A DNA stretch of 64,000 bases from Mobula hypostoma. Taxonomy: Eukaryota. The number at the start of each line of letters is the position of its first letter. Positions within the stretch are counted from its first letter, which is position 1. This document shows positions 11,688 to 26,600 of the stretch, one piece after another. The notes beneath the pieces are model-generated. The model was given only the letters and a program-made list of their open reading frames with translations. It was not told the DNA's origin and searched no databases. The translations under genes were made by a program, and so were the position numbers. The stretch covers positions 229,960,001 to 230,024,000 of the forward strand of contig NC_086097.1 of NCBI RefSeq assembly GCF_963921235.1, written 5' to 3'.

Positions 11688-14600
11688 CTGGGGAGAGACA
11701 ATTTACATTATTAGAATTCTAGATGGGCAAAGCAAGAGACTTCAAAATATTTTCTCTACGTAGCTGAAAAATATTACTTCCCACACTTCTGCTGACTGAA
11801 CAATAATAAACCTAAAATTAATACACATTTTCCCAATTGGTTTATAATAATTTATAATATCTCATTTTTTTTTGATAGCTAAACAGCTTAAGCATCACTT
11901 ATTGTAGCAGTCACTTTTACTATTAATGACAACAGGATATACCATGAATTATTTTTACAGGGACAATTTACAAGGATGTTACCAGAACTTAACAACCAGA
12001 GTTATAGAGAAAGGTTGAATAGGTTAGGAGATGTCCTATTCCCTGGAGTGTAGGAGAATGAGGAGAAATTTTATGGAGCTATACCAAACTATGAGGGATA
12101 TAGATAGGTTAAATGCAAGCATTAATATACATTAATTGTATATGTCATCACACTACCAAGTGATACATAGAAACATAGAAAATAGGTGCAGGAGTAGGCC
12201 ATTCGGCCCTTCGAGCCTGCACCGCCATTTATTATGATCATGGCTGATCATCCAACTCAGAACCCTGCACCAGCCTTCCCTCCATACCCCCTGATCCCCG
12301 TAGCCACAAGGGCCATATCTAACTCCCTCAAGGTACATATGTATCTTGCTAAAAATAAGCTCAAAGTTAGACCTGCATTTTGCACTCCCGCGTCTTCCTT
12401 TGAATTGTTTTAGTGTGTTGAAGTCACAAAACATAACAATTAGAACCAGAAGTCATGAGTTATGGGTGAAAGGTAAACTGGTTAAGGGGAACACGAGGGG
12501 GATCTTCTTCACTCAGAGGGTGGTGAGAGTGCGGAACGAGCTGTCAGGGCAAGTGGTGGATGCGATTTCTATCTCAACTTTAAAGAGAAGTTTGGATAGG
12601 TACTGTACATGGATGGTGAGGGGGCGGGTATGGAGGTCTATGGGCCAGGTACGGGTTGATGGAACTAGGCAGAATAATAGTTTGGCACGGACTAGATGGG
12701 CTGTGTTGTATTGCTCTACGAATGTGTGAGAAAAACAGAAAATCGGCTAAATTAGGTGAAGAGTTCAAATGTCACACTTTTTCACAATATTCAAATAAAT
12801 CAACTCAACAAGAATACAGATAAAGGTTGTTATTTCTTTCTGTGAATTTCAGATGAGTATAACACTGCCGTGCAGATTAATTCAGAGCAAGATACAATTA
12901 AAACAGAGGTTCATTAAGCACAAGGACTGAAGGTGCAGTTATTAAAATTATAGAAAAATTAATAAAGGTAGCTAAATTATATGCATGCATGCTCACTAAC
13001 AAGATAGCACAAGAGAGAGGGATAGTTGTTTCCACTGTAAAATTTGATTGGAAATTGGAGTTATCTCAGAGTAACTTTTAAATCCATAGAACAGGCTCCC
13101 AAAAGAGGTAGTGGAATAAAAAGCACTGGTAAACACAAATATAAATCTGATACTTTATTTCACATTATTGCAAGCAATAAAGTGGATGGTAATTTGGGAA
13201 ATTACATAGTTAAGTATAGTGTGCTAATTTGAGTTATCCTGGCAGTTTTCAAGTATGATAAACAAAATTCAGCTGCAGCTGTAGGAATGATTTAATTAAG
13301 TTGTTATACTGAAATGAAAACAGAGACACTGGAGGTTTGAAAGTGTTTCAGGCACACAAAATCAGATGTCCACATTAACATTGCTTTCAAAAAGCATTCA
13401 AATGAAAACAAATCTCATGTTTAGCGTTCCACCAATAATTTCTTAAACATTAAGCTTGCTTTGGTACATTGGAATTAACGTGATGTTTATAGACTTATCA
13501 CAGAACTTCCCAAACCCCTGTAAACTGAAAGAATAAGGACAGCAGGGGACTGGAAATGTCACTTTTCAAACCAAAATCAAATCAAGTTTAATTATCATTC
13601 AAACCATACATAGATACAGCTGAACAAGACAATGTTCCTCTGGGGCCAAGATGCAAAACATTCAAAATAGCAAGTAAACACTCAAAAATAGTGAGTGACG
13701 TAATTCAAAATATTGAGCAAAGAAGCATATTCACTCAAAAATAATCCTATATAAATCACCCAGAGGCATCCTTCAGAACCACACAGCTTCCAGACACAAT
13801 ATCCTTTCCTTCACCATCAATGTTATAAGGAAAGACTGAATATGTTAAGACTTTTATTCCTTGGAATGTACAATATTGAGAGGAGATTTGGTAGAGGATT
13901 ACAAAATTATGAGGGGTATAGATAAGGTAAATGAAAGCAGGCTTTTTTCACTGAGGTTGGGTGGGATGACAACTAAAGGGCATCAGGATGAGGATAAAAG
14001 GTGAAAAGTTTAAGGGGAACATGAAGGGAAACTTCTTCACTCAGAGGGTCGTGAGAGTGTGGAATGAGCTGCCAGCACTTGTTTGATTTCAATGTTTAAG
14101 AGAAGCTCAGCCTGGCACATGGATGGTAGGGGTATGGAAGGCTATGGTCCCGGTGCAGATCATTGGGAGTAGACAGTTTAAATGGTTCGGCATGGACTAG
14201 ATGGGCCGAAGGGCCTGTTTCTGTGCTGTACAGTGCTCTGGGAATCCTTTCATTGACTGGAATGGAGTGGGTTTATTAAGGTAACTCATGACTAGCACCT
14301 CAATGGCACTTAGAGCAGGATTTAAACACTAGCCTTGATATCCAAGGGGAAAAAAAATGGTAGGTCAATTCAGTGATCCGTGTCAAAGCACTTAGCAATT
14401 AACATTATTTGCGAACATACTCCACCCTCCCCGTCCCAACTGTTTTTTTGTACGGCTGTCTCCCGTCTTTCTCTACAGTCTTGATATGAAGAGCTCTGAC
14501 CGTTTCCCTCCGTAAATGCAGCTTGACCTGCAGAGTTTCCACAAAATTTTGTGTGCTGCTCTATGGAGCTGCATTTGGACTTTCAGAAGGCCTCAGGGTG

Positions 14601-17600
14601 CCATACAAGTAGAAGATAATCAGCATTAGTGTACATGGGCTTGGGGATAAAAACTAGTGTGGATTGAGGACAAGTTAAAGGGCATAATGAGCAGAGATTT
14701 AGCGTAATGCTTTACAGATCGGGTTTCGATTCCTACTGCTGTCTGTAAGAGTTTGTGACCACATTGATTTCCTGTGGATGCTCTGGTTTACTCCCAGCAT
14801 TCCAAAGACATATGGTTAGTGTTAGTGAATTGAGAGTTGTGGGCATGCTACTTTGGCACCTGAAGCACGGTGACATTCAGCACAATCCCTGCCGATTTGA
14901 ATTGACACAAAAGAAGCATTTCACTGTATGTTTCGATGATAAATAAAGTTCTTCTTCATCATTTTCAGGTTGGGAACCTCAACAGAAAAATGAGACGGGG
15001 GGTGAAAAAACATCTTTTGAAATGGTCAGAAATTGAGAACCGCTGGTTTTCAGAGGGACGTGCTCTTCGTTACACGTGAATCTTTATGTAGACATGCCGG
15101 TATGGCGAGCAGTTAGTGAGGTCAACAGCACTACGGTTGGATTTCAATGTGAGAAAGCCATCTCACTGCAATAACACCGTGAAACCACACCCGGAAGGTT
15201 GGGTATCAAAGTGGTTCATTAGCAAGGAAGAACAAATTTGCTTCAGAGGAAGTGCAAGAAAGGTTCATCAGATGCACATCCACGTGTCTTTTACAAGGAC
15301 AGATTAAGCAGATTGGACTGTTCCTCTCTTGAATATAGAAGAATGAGACGTATTCTCATTGAAACGTAAACTGTTTTTTATTTTCTAAAGAAAACAGGGT
15401 TTGATTGGCTCACTGCATAGTAGGTCTAGAAACTGGATTTTGGAGTCTTAATGTAACAGAATTGTCACAGATGAGAAGAAATTTCTTCATTCTTATGGTA
15501 GGGAATCCTTTACCCAAGGAGGTAGTAAGATACAGACACAGGTAAAATTCATGATAGAGATCAATAGTTCTTTTGGATATTGAAGAAATCAAGTGATGTG
15601 GGTTAGTACAGGTATCCCCCGCTTTTCCAACGTTCGCTTTACGAAACCTCACTGTTACGAAAGACCTACATTAGTACCCTGTTTTCGCTTTCAGAAGGTG
15701 TTTTCACTGTTATGAAAAATAAGCAGCACGCGATAAAAGGCAGTGCGCGCCCCGAGCAGCCGCCCTCCCTCGGATTCGGAACAGCATTGCTTTAACATGT
15801 GCCTGTGAGCAGCCGTTTGCAAGATGAGACCTAAGGTGTCGGAAAAGCCTAAAAGAGCTCGTAAGGGTGTTACACTTAGCATAAAACTAGACATAATTAA
15901 GCGTTTCGATCGTGGTGCACGAAGTAAGGACTAAGTGAGTTTGGCTTGTGGAAGCTGATGAAGATGATGTTGAAGAGGCTTTGGCATCCCATGACCAAGA
16001 ACTGATAGATGAAGAGCTGATGCAATTGGAAGAGGAAAGGATAACAATCGAAACCGAATGCAGTAGTGAAAGTGAAGCAACTACGTGAGATTTTCGCTGC
16101 AATGATAAAGTATGACTTTAATTTTGAAAGGGTACGTAGGTTTAGGGGATATTTGCAAGATGGTTTGAGTCCTTACAAAGAGCTGTATGATAGAAAAATG
16201 CGCGAGGCTCAGCAGTCAAGCAAGCCTTCCACATCAGCCACAGCAGATGACGAACCTCGACCTTTGACATTGAGGCGGGCAGTCATAGGAGAAGATGAGC
16301 TGCCTGCTCTAATGGAAACAGACCACGAGATGACACCCCAGTATCCCACCACCCCAACACCCAGGCCACGGACAGATACTGTACTGATTCGCGGAGAATG
16401 CAGCAGTAGCTGGGAGGCACACAGCACATCTTTAAGAAAAAAGCCGAAATAAACATGCTAATTAATTAGGTGCCGCCCCACACGTAAATGTCAGCCCAGA
16501 TCAAAGGCGATGCAATCGGCAATTGGCACTGATCTGGGCCAACAATTACGTGCCGGGCGGCACCTAATTAATTAGCATGTTTATTTCGGCTTTTTTCTTA
16601 AAGATGTGCTGGATGCCTCCCGGCTACTGCTGGACCCCTGCGTGCCTCGCGGCAATGTATCGCTCGGCGGCCCGGAGGGTGGGGGCCACTGCACCACCCA
16701 ACCTGCGACGACTCAGTCTAACACACCATCATCAGTGTGCTGGGCACTGTCTTCCCAATTCCAGTAAGTGATACTACACTGTACATACATTATTTCTACT
16801 TTATATAGGCTGTGTATTTTTACCTGTTATTTGGTATGATTTGGCAGCTTCATAGCTTAAAGGTTACTGGAGAGCGCTTGCGCCGTGTTTTTGCCAACAG
16901 TGCTCGCGTGAGATTTTCTGCCGACAGCGCTTGTGTGAGATTTTCGCTTCGGCAAACAGTGCAGCAATGATTGTGGAAAAGTATTTCTACTTCATATAGG
17001 CTGTGTATTTATCATATCATTCCTGCTTTTACTATATGTTACTGTTATTTTAGGTTTAATGTGTTATTTGGCATGATTGGTAGGTTATTTTTGGGTCTGC
17101 AAACTCTCACAAATTTTCCCCATATAAATAAATGGTAATTGCTTCTTCGCTTTACGACATTCTGGTTTACGAACCGTTTCAGAGAAACGCTCTACCTTCG
17201 GATGGTGGGGGAAACCTCTATATGGAAAGTGAGATGGAGGTAAAATATCATGTGGTCATATCAAACAGAAGACCCGGCACAAGTGTGAATTGTCTAATAC
17301 AAAAATCAGGTGCAGACCATGCTTTATCACACTTCAATGTACTTAGGAGTCAAATTAGTGCTTTGGAGCAACACATTTGTTATTGTATATTCTATTCTGT
17401 ATGTTTGTGGAATTACTAATTCTGTAAGATTAGTTTAAAGTCATGATTAAAATGCTTTATTCCATACACCCTTGAGAGAAGGCAGTGGGTAATAAATCCA
17501 AAAACTGTAATACAAGTCGGTGAACCTGCAATCTGAACATGGCACGATACAACAGAATTAAATATTAGAGCAGATTACTGCACTTGTTAACTAAGGATGG

Positions 17601-20600
17601 TAATTAAGCAATAAATTAAACCGGGTGAAAAAGCTGATACAATCTTCTCAATGAATTCTGGAAACAAACAAAGCTATAGTTTTTGCAGCTTAATCTACAG
17701 AACACCGTGACACAAATAGAAGAACTAATATTTCTGCTAACTGAGACTAGGGCTGACTAAAATTAGTAGCATCAATCATCAAGAGCTCTCGTAGTGCTCA
17801 GCTCTTGACAGAATTTAAACACCTCTACAAAGATGTTAAGGATAGCTACGTATTCAACCACTTAAAGCCACTTAATTTGGGAATGTAATGAGTCAGTGAA
17901 TTTTTCCAAAGACAGTTCTTCCACCACTGTAATCCTGCAGATTGTAGATTTGTAGAATACAAGGAAATGTGTAAACACCTAATGTTACTTAAACCTGAAG
18001 AAAAATTTATATGTGGTTAAAACAGGGATAATTGTGAGGCAAGTAGAGATCTCTCAACTGTGCGCTCACAGGCCTTTGGTCAAGGAATGCAAAGCATTCA
18101 AATTTACCAGTGAATGTAAATTATGTGGTTTCCCTTCCACCACCATTGAGAACTACTGAGAACCATATACATGAAAGCAAAGAGCGTGTGACTGCAGTGA
18201 CTGCTAATAAAGGAATGTTAATTATGGGGATCATTCTCCACTACTCTACTCGCCCAAGTTTGTCAGCCAGTTATTAATGGCCAAGAGTACGGGCAACATC
18301 TTCCTGCTGTGGATGTACGAAGGTATTATTGTGCCATGTTCATCCAGCTAAAGATCAGCAAGAAAGCCTTAAAGGGAAATAAGACTACTAAGTTGCTTGG
18401 GTGGACAGATGAGGAGGTTGGAAAAGGAGAGCCGGTAAACAGTTAGAAAACCCAACACTCAAGTCCGATGTTTCTTGGGAGCCAGCCAAAAAGCACAGTT
18501 ACAGTAAAATACACATCGCAGGAGGAACAGCATGGGCTCATTAAAAGGCTTGGAAGAAGCTCTCCAATGCTTGAAAACACTTCAAAGTCCATTACTGAAG
18601 CAGGGGACTTAATTCTGTGATAAATTAATGGAACAACTCAGTCTCTTGTGATTTTGAACAAAGGACAGATTTTTGCCTTTCACGTTGGTTTATGGTCATA
18701 CATAAAAAAATCCAAACCTTGTTTGCACTAGAAACCGAATAACTATTTTTTCAGCATAAAATACCGGAGGAAGCTCTGTAATGGATGAGATGTGGTGAAG
18801 GAAATGGAACACTTTCACTGAAGTGAGAGTGCATTGAAATACCTGCAGGGTTTTTGAAAGACCATTTGACCATACCAGCAACCTTTCTCCCCAATCAATT
18901 TCAGTGCAATTCTGGAGTCAGATTGGATGGCACACAAGGTACAGCTCTAGTTCAGAAACAAGAGAGAATCTGTAGATGCTGGAGATCCAAGCAATACACA
19001 CAAAATGCTGGAGGAACTCAGCAGGAAAGGCAGCATCAATGGAAAAGAGTACAGTCAACATTTTGGGCCAAAACCCTTCAGCAGGACTGGAGAAAAAAAA
19101 AAGAAGAGGAGTAGATTTAAAAGGTGGGGGGAAGGGGAAACAGAAACACAAGGTGATAGGTGAAACTGGGAGGGAGAGGAATGAAGTAAAGAGCTGGGAA
19201 GTTGGTTGATGAAGGAGATACGGGGCTGGAGAAGGGGGAGTCTGATAGGAGAGGACAGAAGGCCATGGAAGAAAGAAAAAGGGGAGGAGCACCAGAGAGA
19301 AGCGATAGGCAGGCAAGGAATTAAGCTGAGAGAAGGAAAAGGATATGGGGAATGGTGAAGGGGTGGGGGCATTACCGGAAGTTCGAGAAATCGATGTTCA
19401 TGCCATCAGGTTGGAGACTACCCAGATGGAATACAAGGTGTTGTTCCTGCATTCTGAGTGTGGCAGTGAAGGAGGCCATGGATAGACATATCAGGATGGG
19501 AATGGGAAGTGGAAGTGGAGTTAAAATAGGAGATCCTGCTTCTTCTGGCAGATGGAGCATAGGTACTCATCGAAACGGTCTCCCAATCTACATCAGGTCT
19601 CACTGAGATACAGGAAGCCACTCCAGGAGCACCGGGCACAGTACATGACCCCGACAGACTCACAGGTGAAAAGTCACCTCTGCTGGAAGGATTGTTTGGG
19701 GCCCTGAATGGGAGTGAGGGAGGAGGTGTAGGGGCAGGTGTAGCACTTGTTCCGCTTGCAAGGATAAGTGCCAGGAGGGAGATTAGTGGGATAGGATGAC
19801 TGGACAAGGGAGTTGTGTAGGGAGCGATCCCTGTGGAAAGCAGAAAGTGGGGGGGGGGAATAGGGAAAGATGTGCTTGGTGGTTGGATCCCGTTAGAGAT
19901 GGTGGAAGCTATGGAGAATTATGTGCTGGACACAGAGGCTGGAGTGGGGTAGCTGAGAACAAGAGGAACTCTATACCTAGTAGGGTGGTGGGAGGATGGG
20001 GTAAGGGAAGACATGTGAAATGGAAGAGATGTGGTTGAGGGCAGCGCTGATGGTGGAGGAAGGGAAGCCCCTTTCTTTGAAAAAGGAGGACATCTCCTTC
20101 GTTCTGGAATGAAAAGCCTCATCCTTTGAGCAGATGCGGCAGAGGCAGAGGAATTGAGAGGAGGGGCTGGCATTTTTACAAGTAAAAAGATAGTTAGAGG
20201 TAAAGTCCAGGTACCTGTGAGAGTCCATGGGTTTATAATAGGTATCAGTAGATAAGCTGTCTCCAGAGATAGAGACAGAGAAATCGAGAAAGGAAAGGGT
20301 GGTGTTGGAAATGGACTAGCTAAATTTGAGGGCAGGGTGTAAGTTGGAGGTGATATTGATGAAGTCGATGAGCTCTGCGTGGGTGCAGGAAGCTGCACCA
20401 ATACAGTCATCAATGTAGTGAAGGAAAAGTGGGGGACAGACACCAGTGTAGGGCTGAAACACAGAATGTTCTATGTAGCTGACAAAAAGGCAGGCATAGC
20501 TGGGACTTATGCAAGTCCCCATGGAGAAAGGAAGTGGGAGGAGCCAAAGGAGAAATTATTAAGAGTGAGGACAGGTTCCGTTAGATGGAGGGGAGTGGTG

Positions 20601-23600
20601 GTGGAGGGGAACTGGTTGGATCTGGTATCCAGAAAAAAAAACCAGGGAGCTGTGAGATCTTCCTCGTGGGGGACAGAGGTGTATAGGGACTGGACATCCA
20701 TAGGAAAAATAAGACAGGGGCCAGAAAACTTGAAATCATTAAAAAGATCCAGAGCGTGTCAAGTATTACGGATATAGGTAGGAAGGGCCTGGCCTGCTGA
20801 GTTCCTCCAGCATTTTGTGTGTGTAGCTCTAGTTCAGTGAGAGGCAGTATAAACTGAGCTTAAGATTTCTCCTGTGGTTACCTTAAAAACAAATTTCCCA
20901 TGTGTGCAGACCGTTACGAGTTTACTAGGCAGAGATAGAGTTTGGCGCATGCACAGGGTGGCCAATTGCAGCTGGCAATATTTTCAGAGATTTGATCATA
21001 TGATCAGATGACATAAAACTTTGGTAGTATTCCGACATTTTTGCATTTAATTACATTATTGCTATTGAAATGAGAGACGCTTGAAAAGGTAGGAAGCTTC
21101 CAGGGAATGCGGCATGATAGGAACGAATAAATTAAGAGGTCAAGAGCACCGTTTCTGATGCAAAACTAGAAACACGAGGGTCTTTGATTCTGTTAGAAAT
21201 AATTAATCAAAATACATTGATAACCAATTGTGAAGTCATAACTGTAAAGTCAGATTCACCGTGTTATTGTTGCTCTAGGATCAGAGGGCACAGCCTCAGA
21301 ATAAAGTGATATCCCTTTAAAACCGAGGGGAGGAGAAATTTCTTCAACCAATGGGAGGTGAATCGGTGGATTTCAATGCCACAGAGGGCAATGGAGACCA
21401 AGTTACTGAGTGGACTTAAAGGCAGAAATTGATTGGTTCTTTATTGGTAAGTGGGTTAAGGTTTACAGAGAGGATTTGGGAGAATAGAATTGGAAATAAA
21501 ATCAGCCATGATTTAATGGCAGAGCAGACTCAATGGGCCAAATCTGCTTCCATTTCTAAGGATCTTATAGTACTGAAGTATTGGAGAGACACCCATTTTT
21601 GTAAAGTCATCTAAATGCACTGTAGAATAAACAAACCAACATCAGCGTAAATCAACATTTTCCTCTCCAAAATCAGGAAAGATACACTACTTTAGCTGAA
21701 ACAAGAGTATCAGGTCACAAACCAAATGAAAATGTGAAGGCTCCAAGTAGGTTCATGAGATAATTACTGGATAAAATAATGGTCATAAATTAGTGGATAG
21801 AGATTAGAGAAGCTAGGGTTTCTCTCCTTTGAGACAAGGCAGTTGAGAGAGAAATTGAAGAGGTGTTTAAAATCGGAAAGGCACAAGGCAGTATGGGAAA
21901 AGGAAAATAACCCTCAATAATGAGAGGGGACAAAGACTGATTGGTGAAAGAGCCAAAGGTTACTTAATGGAAATGTTGAGCAGTTGTGTTCTGGAATCAG
22001 TATTGAAACCAGAAGGGAAACGGATAGGGATCAGGGAGAAAATAGGTGCCACGGTAGCGTAGAGGTTCGCACGATGCTATTTCAGGTCAGGGTGTCAGAG
22101 TTCGGAGTTCAATTCTGGTGTCCTCTGTAAAATTGTACGTTTTTCCCGTGAGCTTAAGGGTTTCCTCCCACAGCGTGCCAGTTAGTAGGTTAATTGGTCA
22201 TTGTAAATTGTCCTGTGATTAGGCTAGTGTTAAATAGGTGGGTTGCTGGCTGTTGTTCCATATTGTGTCATTACATAAATTAAAAAAGTACATAACACAC
22301 ACACATTCAAACTTTGGAAGACCAACTGGATCGAAGGAAGCAAAGGATTACACAACAGGTCTGATAAATACAAATTATTCTTGTTTGTAAATTTTATTTC
22401 TGTTTGTAAATCACAGTCAGTAGCATCAATGAAAGAATGTCTAACATTTAATTTATTTTTAAAATTGTAGAAGAAAATTTCAGATAGATGGCGGTTCGTA
22501 GGATAAAAGAGCAAGTGCGATCTATAGACTATAAGACATAGATATTTAACAATGCAATACTCATCTCGGAAGATTTTAATTTGCACAGTTTCTCTGGAAA
22601 TTAATTTGCTTTAATGAAATGCTGTTTAGTTTCTAACAACACAAACACTAAATATCGTTTCTACCCATTCTATTGTATTATTCAATGCATTGAGGTTGGT
22701 GTGCAAGAACAGGATCAAAGTAAGAATGTTTAAAGCTATAATTTTCTTTCAATTTTATTCTCATCAGCAAAATGAATTGGTACAGGTTAAAAGAAAACTC
22801 AATTAAATGTATTTTATCTGCTAATTGCAGGAACTTGCTTTTTTTCCCCTTTTCAGCTAAAGATTGTTCCAATTCAATCAAATTTTATTTATGGCATTTG
22901 AATTATTAGTCACTTTGCAACTAAACATTAATAGGCTGTTAAAATTATAAATCTTTCAAAATTAATTTCTGATGTAATTCTGGTGTGGTTTCCTTCGAAA
23001 CAGGATTGAAAGAGTTCGATGTGATCAATAGCTCCACCCATTCACCCACCCCACCACCACTACATACACATCACCTAGCTTTACCTTATAAGAAAATGAA
23101 ACTCAGGGTTGTATATGGTGATGTTTATGTACTTTTCAAAGTAAACTTATTGTCACTTTGTACATACAATCAGTCTGTGTAAATAACTGTTACTTGTTCA
23201 TTGGGTTTTATAGGATTGCTTTCATATTGGATTTTTTTTGTGTTTTATATCATGTTCTTTTGCTTATTGTGTTTTTATTTATGCTTCATCGAATCTGGAG
23301 AGGCAGTCACTTCATTCTCCTTTACACTTATTTACTGAAGTTTGACGATAAACAATCTTGAATCTTGAATCCCCTGGAAGTTAGAAGTGAAAGTGCAATT
23401 TTGTTGATGAAGATGTGTCAATCTCACGGGAACAGAGCCACAAGTAGACATAGCCTTAAATCTATAGAGACATAAGTCCTCAAAAACTGCCAGTCATGCA
23501 TTAATGTAACTGGAACTGGTATTAAAATGAGGAAGAACATTTTCTGAGAGGGTCAAGGAATGAGTTTAGCTCTGCAGAGCCACAATCCCAGATAACCAAC

Positions 23601-26600
23601 ACATTGAAAAGGCAGCTCCCTTTAACTTCTTAGGAGGAAAGCACTGCCTTTCCTTGAAAACACAATGGATCAGATTGACTTTTTAATATTTCAACTTCCT
23701 TGTGTTGTGAAATAAAAGCAAAGCCGAATGCCTGAAGCCAGGAAAATACACTCGGTGGCCACTTTATTGGGGACACTTGTATGTTAATTCAGATATCTCA
23801 TTAGCCAATAATGTGGCAGCAACTCAATGAAGAAAAGCATGCCGACATGGTCGAGGTTCAGACCAAACATCAGAACAGGGAAGAAATATAATCCAAGTGA
23901 CTGACTGTAGAATGATTGCTGGTGACAGATGGGATAGCTTGAGTATCTCAGACACTGCTGATTCTTGGGATTTTCATGCACAGCAACAAAAAAAAATCCA
24001 TTGAGTGGCAGTTCTATGGTGAAAATACCTTTTCACGTGAAAGTTCAGAGAAGAATGGGCAGACTGGTTCAAGCTGACAGGAAAAGTGACAGTAACTCAG
24101 ATAACGTGTTACAACAGAGGTGTGCAGAAGAGCACCTCTGAATGCACAACACATCAAACCTTGAAATGGGTGGGCTACAGCAACAGAAGACCATACTGGG
24201 TTCCACTCCTGTACCTAATAAATTGGCCACCGAGTGTCTATAATGACCTACATGAGAGAACCTGCAGATGCTGGAAATCCAAGGCAACATGCACAAGATG
24301 CTGGAGGAACTCAGCAGACCAGGCAGCATCTATGGAACAGAGTAAACTGCCGACATTTTGGGCCAAGACCCTTCACAAGGCCTGGTCCTGATGAAGGGTC
24401 TCACCCTGAAACGTTGACTGTTTACACTTTTCCACAGAGGCTGCCTGGCCTGCTGAGTTCCTCCAGCATTTTGTGTGTGTTGCCTTGTATCTAATGACCC
24501 GACCAGAACAGTCACCAAACTACCTTCCACTCTGGGCAGCATACTTAGGATGCTGTTGAAATTACTGAATCAGAAACCTGGACTGGAAAGTCTTTAAAAG
24601 GTGCATAGAAGCTGTTTCTTTGTTGTGTGTTGAGTATATTTCTTCACACCTTAACCTCACCGACCACCCCCCCCCCCCAGTGTTTTAGCATTTATCTGGG
24701 TGGTGACTGAAGTATCCCCATATCCCCTGGACCGTTGCGTGAATGTGGGTGTGATAGATGCTGAGGTCAGACTGGAGGGAGGAACAAATCAAACTGCTAC
24801 TGGAAAAAGGCTCTCTGCTCCCCACCCATCCCAGCCATTTTCACAGGCCACCTTATCCTTACTGATAAATTCAGCATCCTGTCCTTATTTCTGCATGAGA
24901 TCCAGCAAGCCAGCTTTGCGAAATTCACCGACTACTATTATTCTACTTGTGGACGTCTGATGTTGCTGCAGACCTTACCAAGCATAGTTCAACATAAAGC
25001 AGGCTGTATCAATAACTTGCAATTATTCTGACCCAGAAAAAGGCAGCCTTGTCTCTGCCCATACAGGGCACCATCACTCAGACTCAACAAAACAAACCCT
25101 CTCAAGAATAGATACAGCACTGGGAGCAGCCAGCCACTGTACTTCCATTGGTGAAGTTTTCCTTCTCAGCCACAGGGGTGCACAGGAAACTAGCTGGCTG
25201 GAGCACTATAATCCTCAGTGCTGCTGTGTGGCTTTGCTGATAATCAAAAATGCATTGTGTCAGAAATGTTAACTATTTGCTCAAATCATTCAATGTTTTC
25301 AAATTGTATTGTATGCATTTCTGTAAATTAGATTGGCAACTGGTCAAGACTACTGCCTTTGCTTACTGAAAGCACTATTTCTGTAAAGAATTGCTGAGAG
25401 TATGACACTGCATTTAACTTACTGAAAGTAAATACTGGTGAGTTTAACTTTCCCTTAGTTTTGCATGTTTTTAGCAATCTACACCTGCTTATATTTAAGT
25501 TACCATAAAGCTTCTTTAAATTACTATCTCTGTGATTACAGCGACTCGGCACCGCAGTCTGATCTTTTATGCCTCTCCGAAACTGCCTCCAACAGGGCTA
25601 CCATGGTATAGACCCTCCTCTCGCAGTAAGCTCCCAACTCTAGACTTTGCATCATACAGCATTTCACTGTCACCCTCACTCTCTTCAGACCATTGGAATT
25701 CACTTGTGAGCTTGTTCTTCCTATACATCCCAAATTTTATACACTTCTCAGGCCAAAATTGTACACAATACTCGGCCTCACCTTTGCCTTAGCCTGCAAC
25801 TCCAAACCCTCACATCAGCATGGAAACACGTCCTTCTGTCCAACTCACCCATGCCAACCGTGTTGCCCAGCAAGCTAGTCCCATCAGCTTGTATTAGGCC
25901 CAAAGCCCTCAAGACCTTGCCTACCCACCTACTATTCTAAATGGCTTTTAAAAATTGGCTAATATGCCCATCTCAACCACCATTTCTGGTAACTCATTCC
26001 AAATGCGCACTGTCCATTACATGAAGAAGCTGCCCTGATATACTATTTAAATCTTGCACCTCTGATTTTAAACTTAATCCCCCTTACTTTTAGCACCACC
26101 TTCCTGGGGAAGGGACCATGTCTCCTCATTACCTTACATACCTCTATCAGCTCGCCCCTCAATCTCAGACGTTGCAGAGTCCTAGTCTGTGCAACCCCCT
26201 CATAACTCAGGCCCCAAGTCCGAGCAGCACAGTGATAAATCTTTCATGTACTCTTCAATGTTCAATGACATCTTTCCTATAACAGGGTAATCAAAACTGC
26301 ACACAACACTCCAACTGCGCCTCACCAATGTTAGGTATCTGCAATATAACTTCCCAACTCCTATAATCAATGATGAACGTCGGTATGCCAAACACCCTCC
26401 TCACTACCCGATTTACCAGTGACTATACTTTCAGCAAACTCTGCACTTGCACTCCTAGGTACCTCTGTCCATAGCACTCCCCAGGGTCCTCCTATTGACT
26501 GTACAAGTCCTACCCTGCTTTCCTGCCATCAAGTTGTAAATTAAGCAACTATCAATGAGGGGTTCCCAACCTGGAGTCCACCCAGAACCCTTGCTTAATG

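Noticed and set aside
16066..16452. 128-aa ORF as a domesticated TIGD-like gene
   Set aside because: It is a fragment of a deleted transposon with stops and frameshifts, no DDE core and no splice support.
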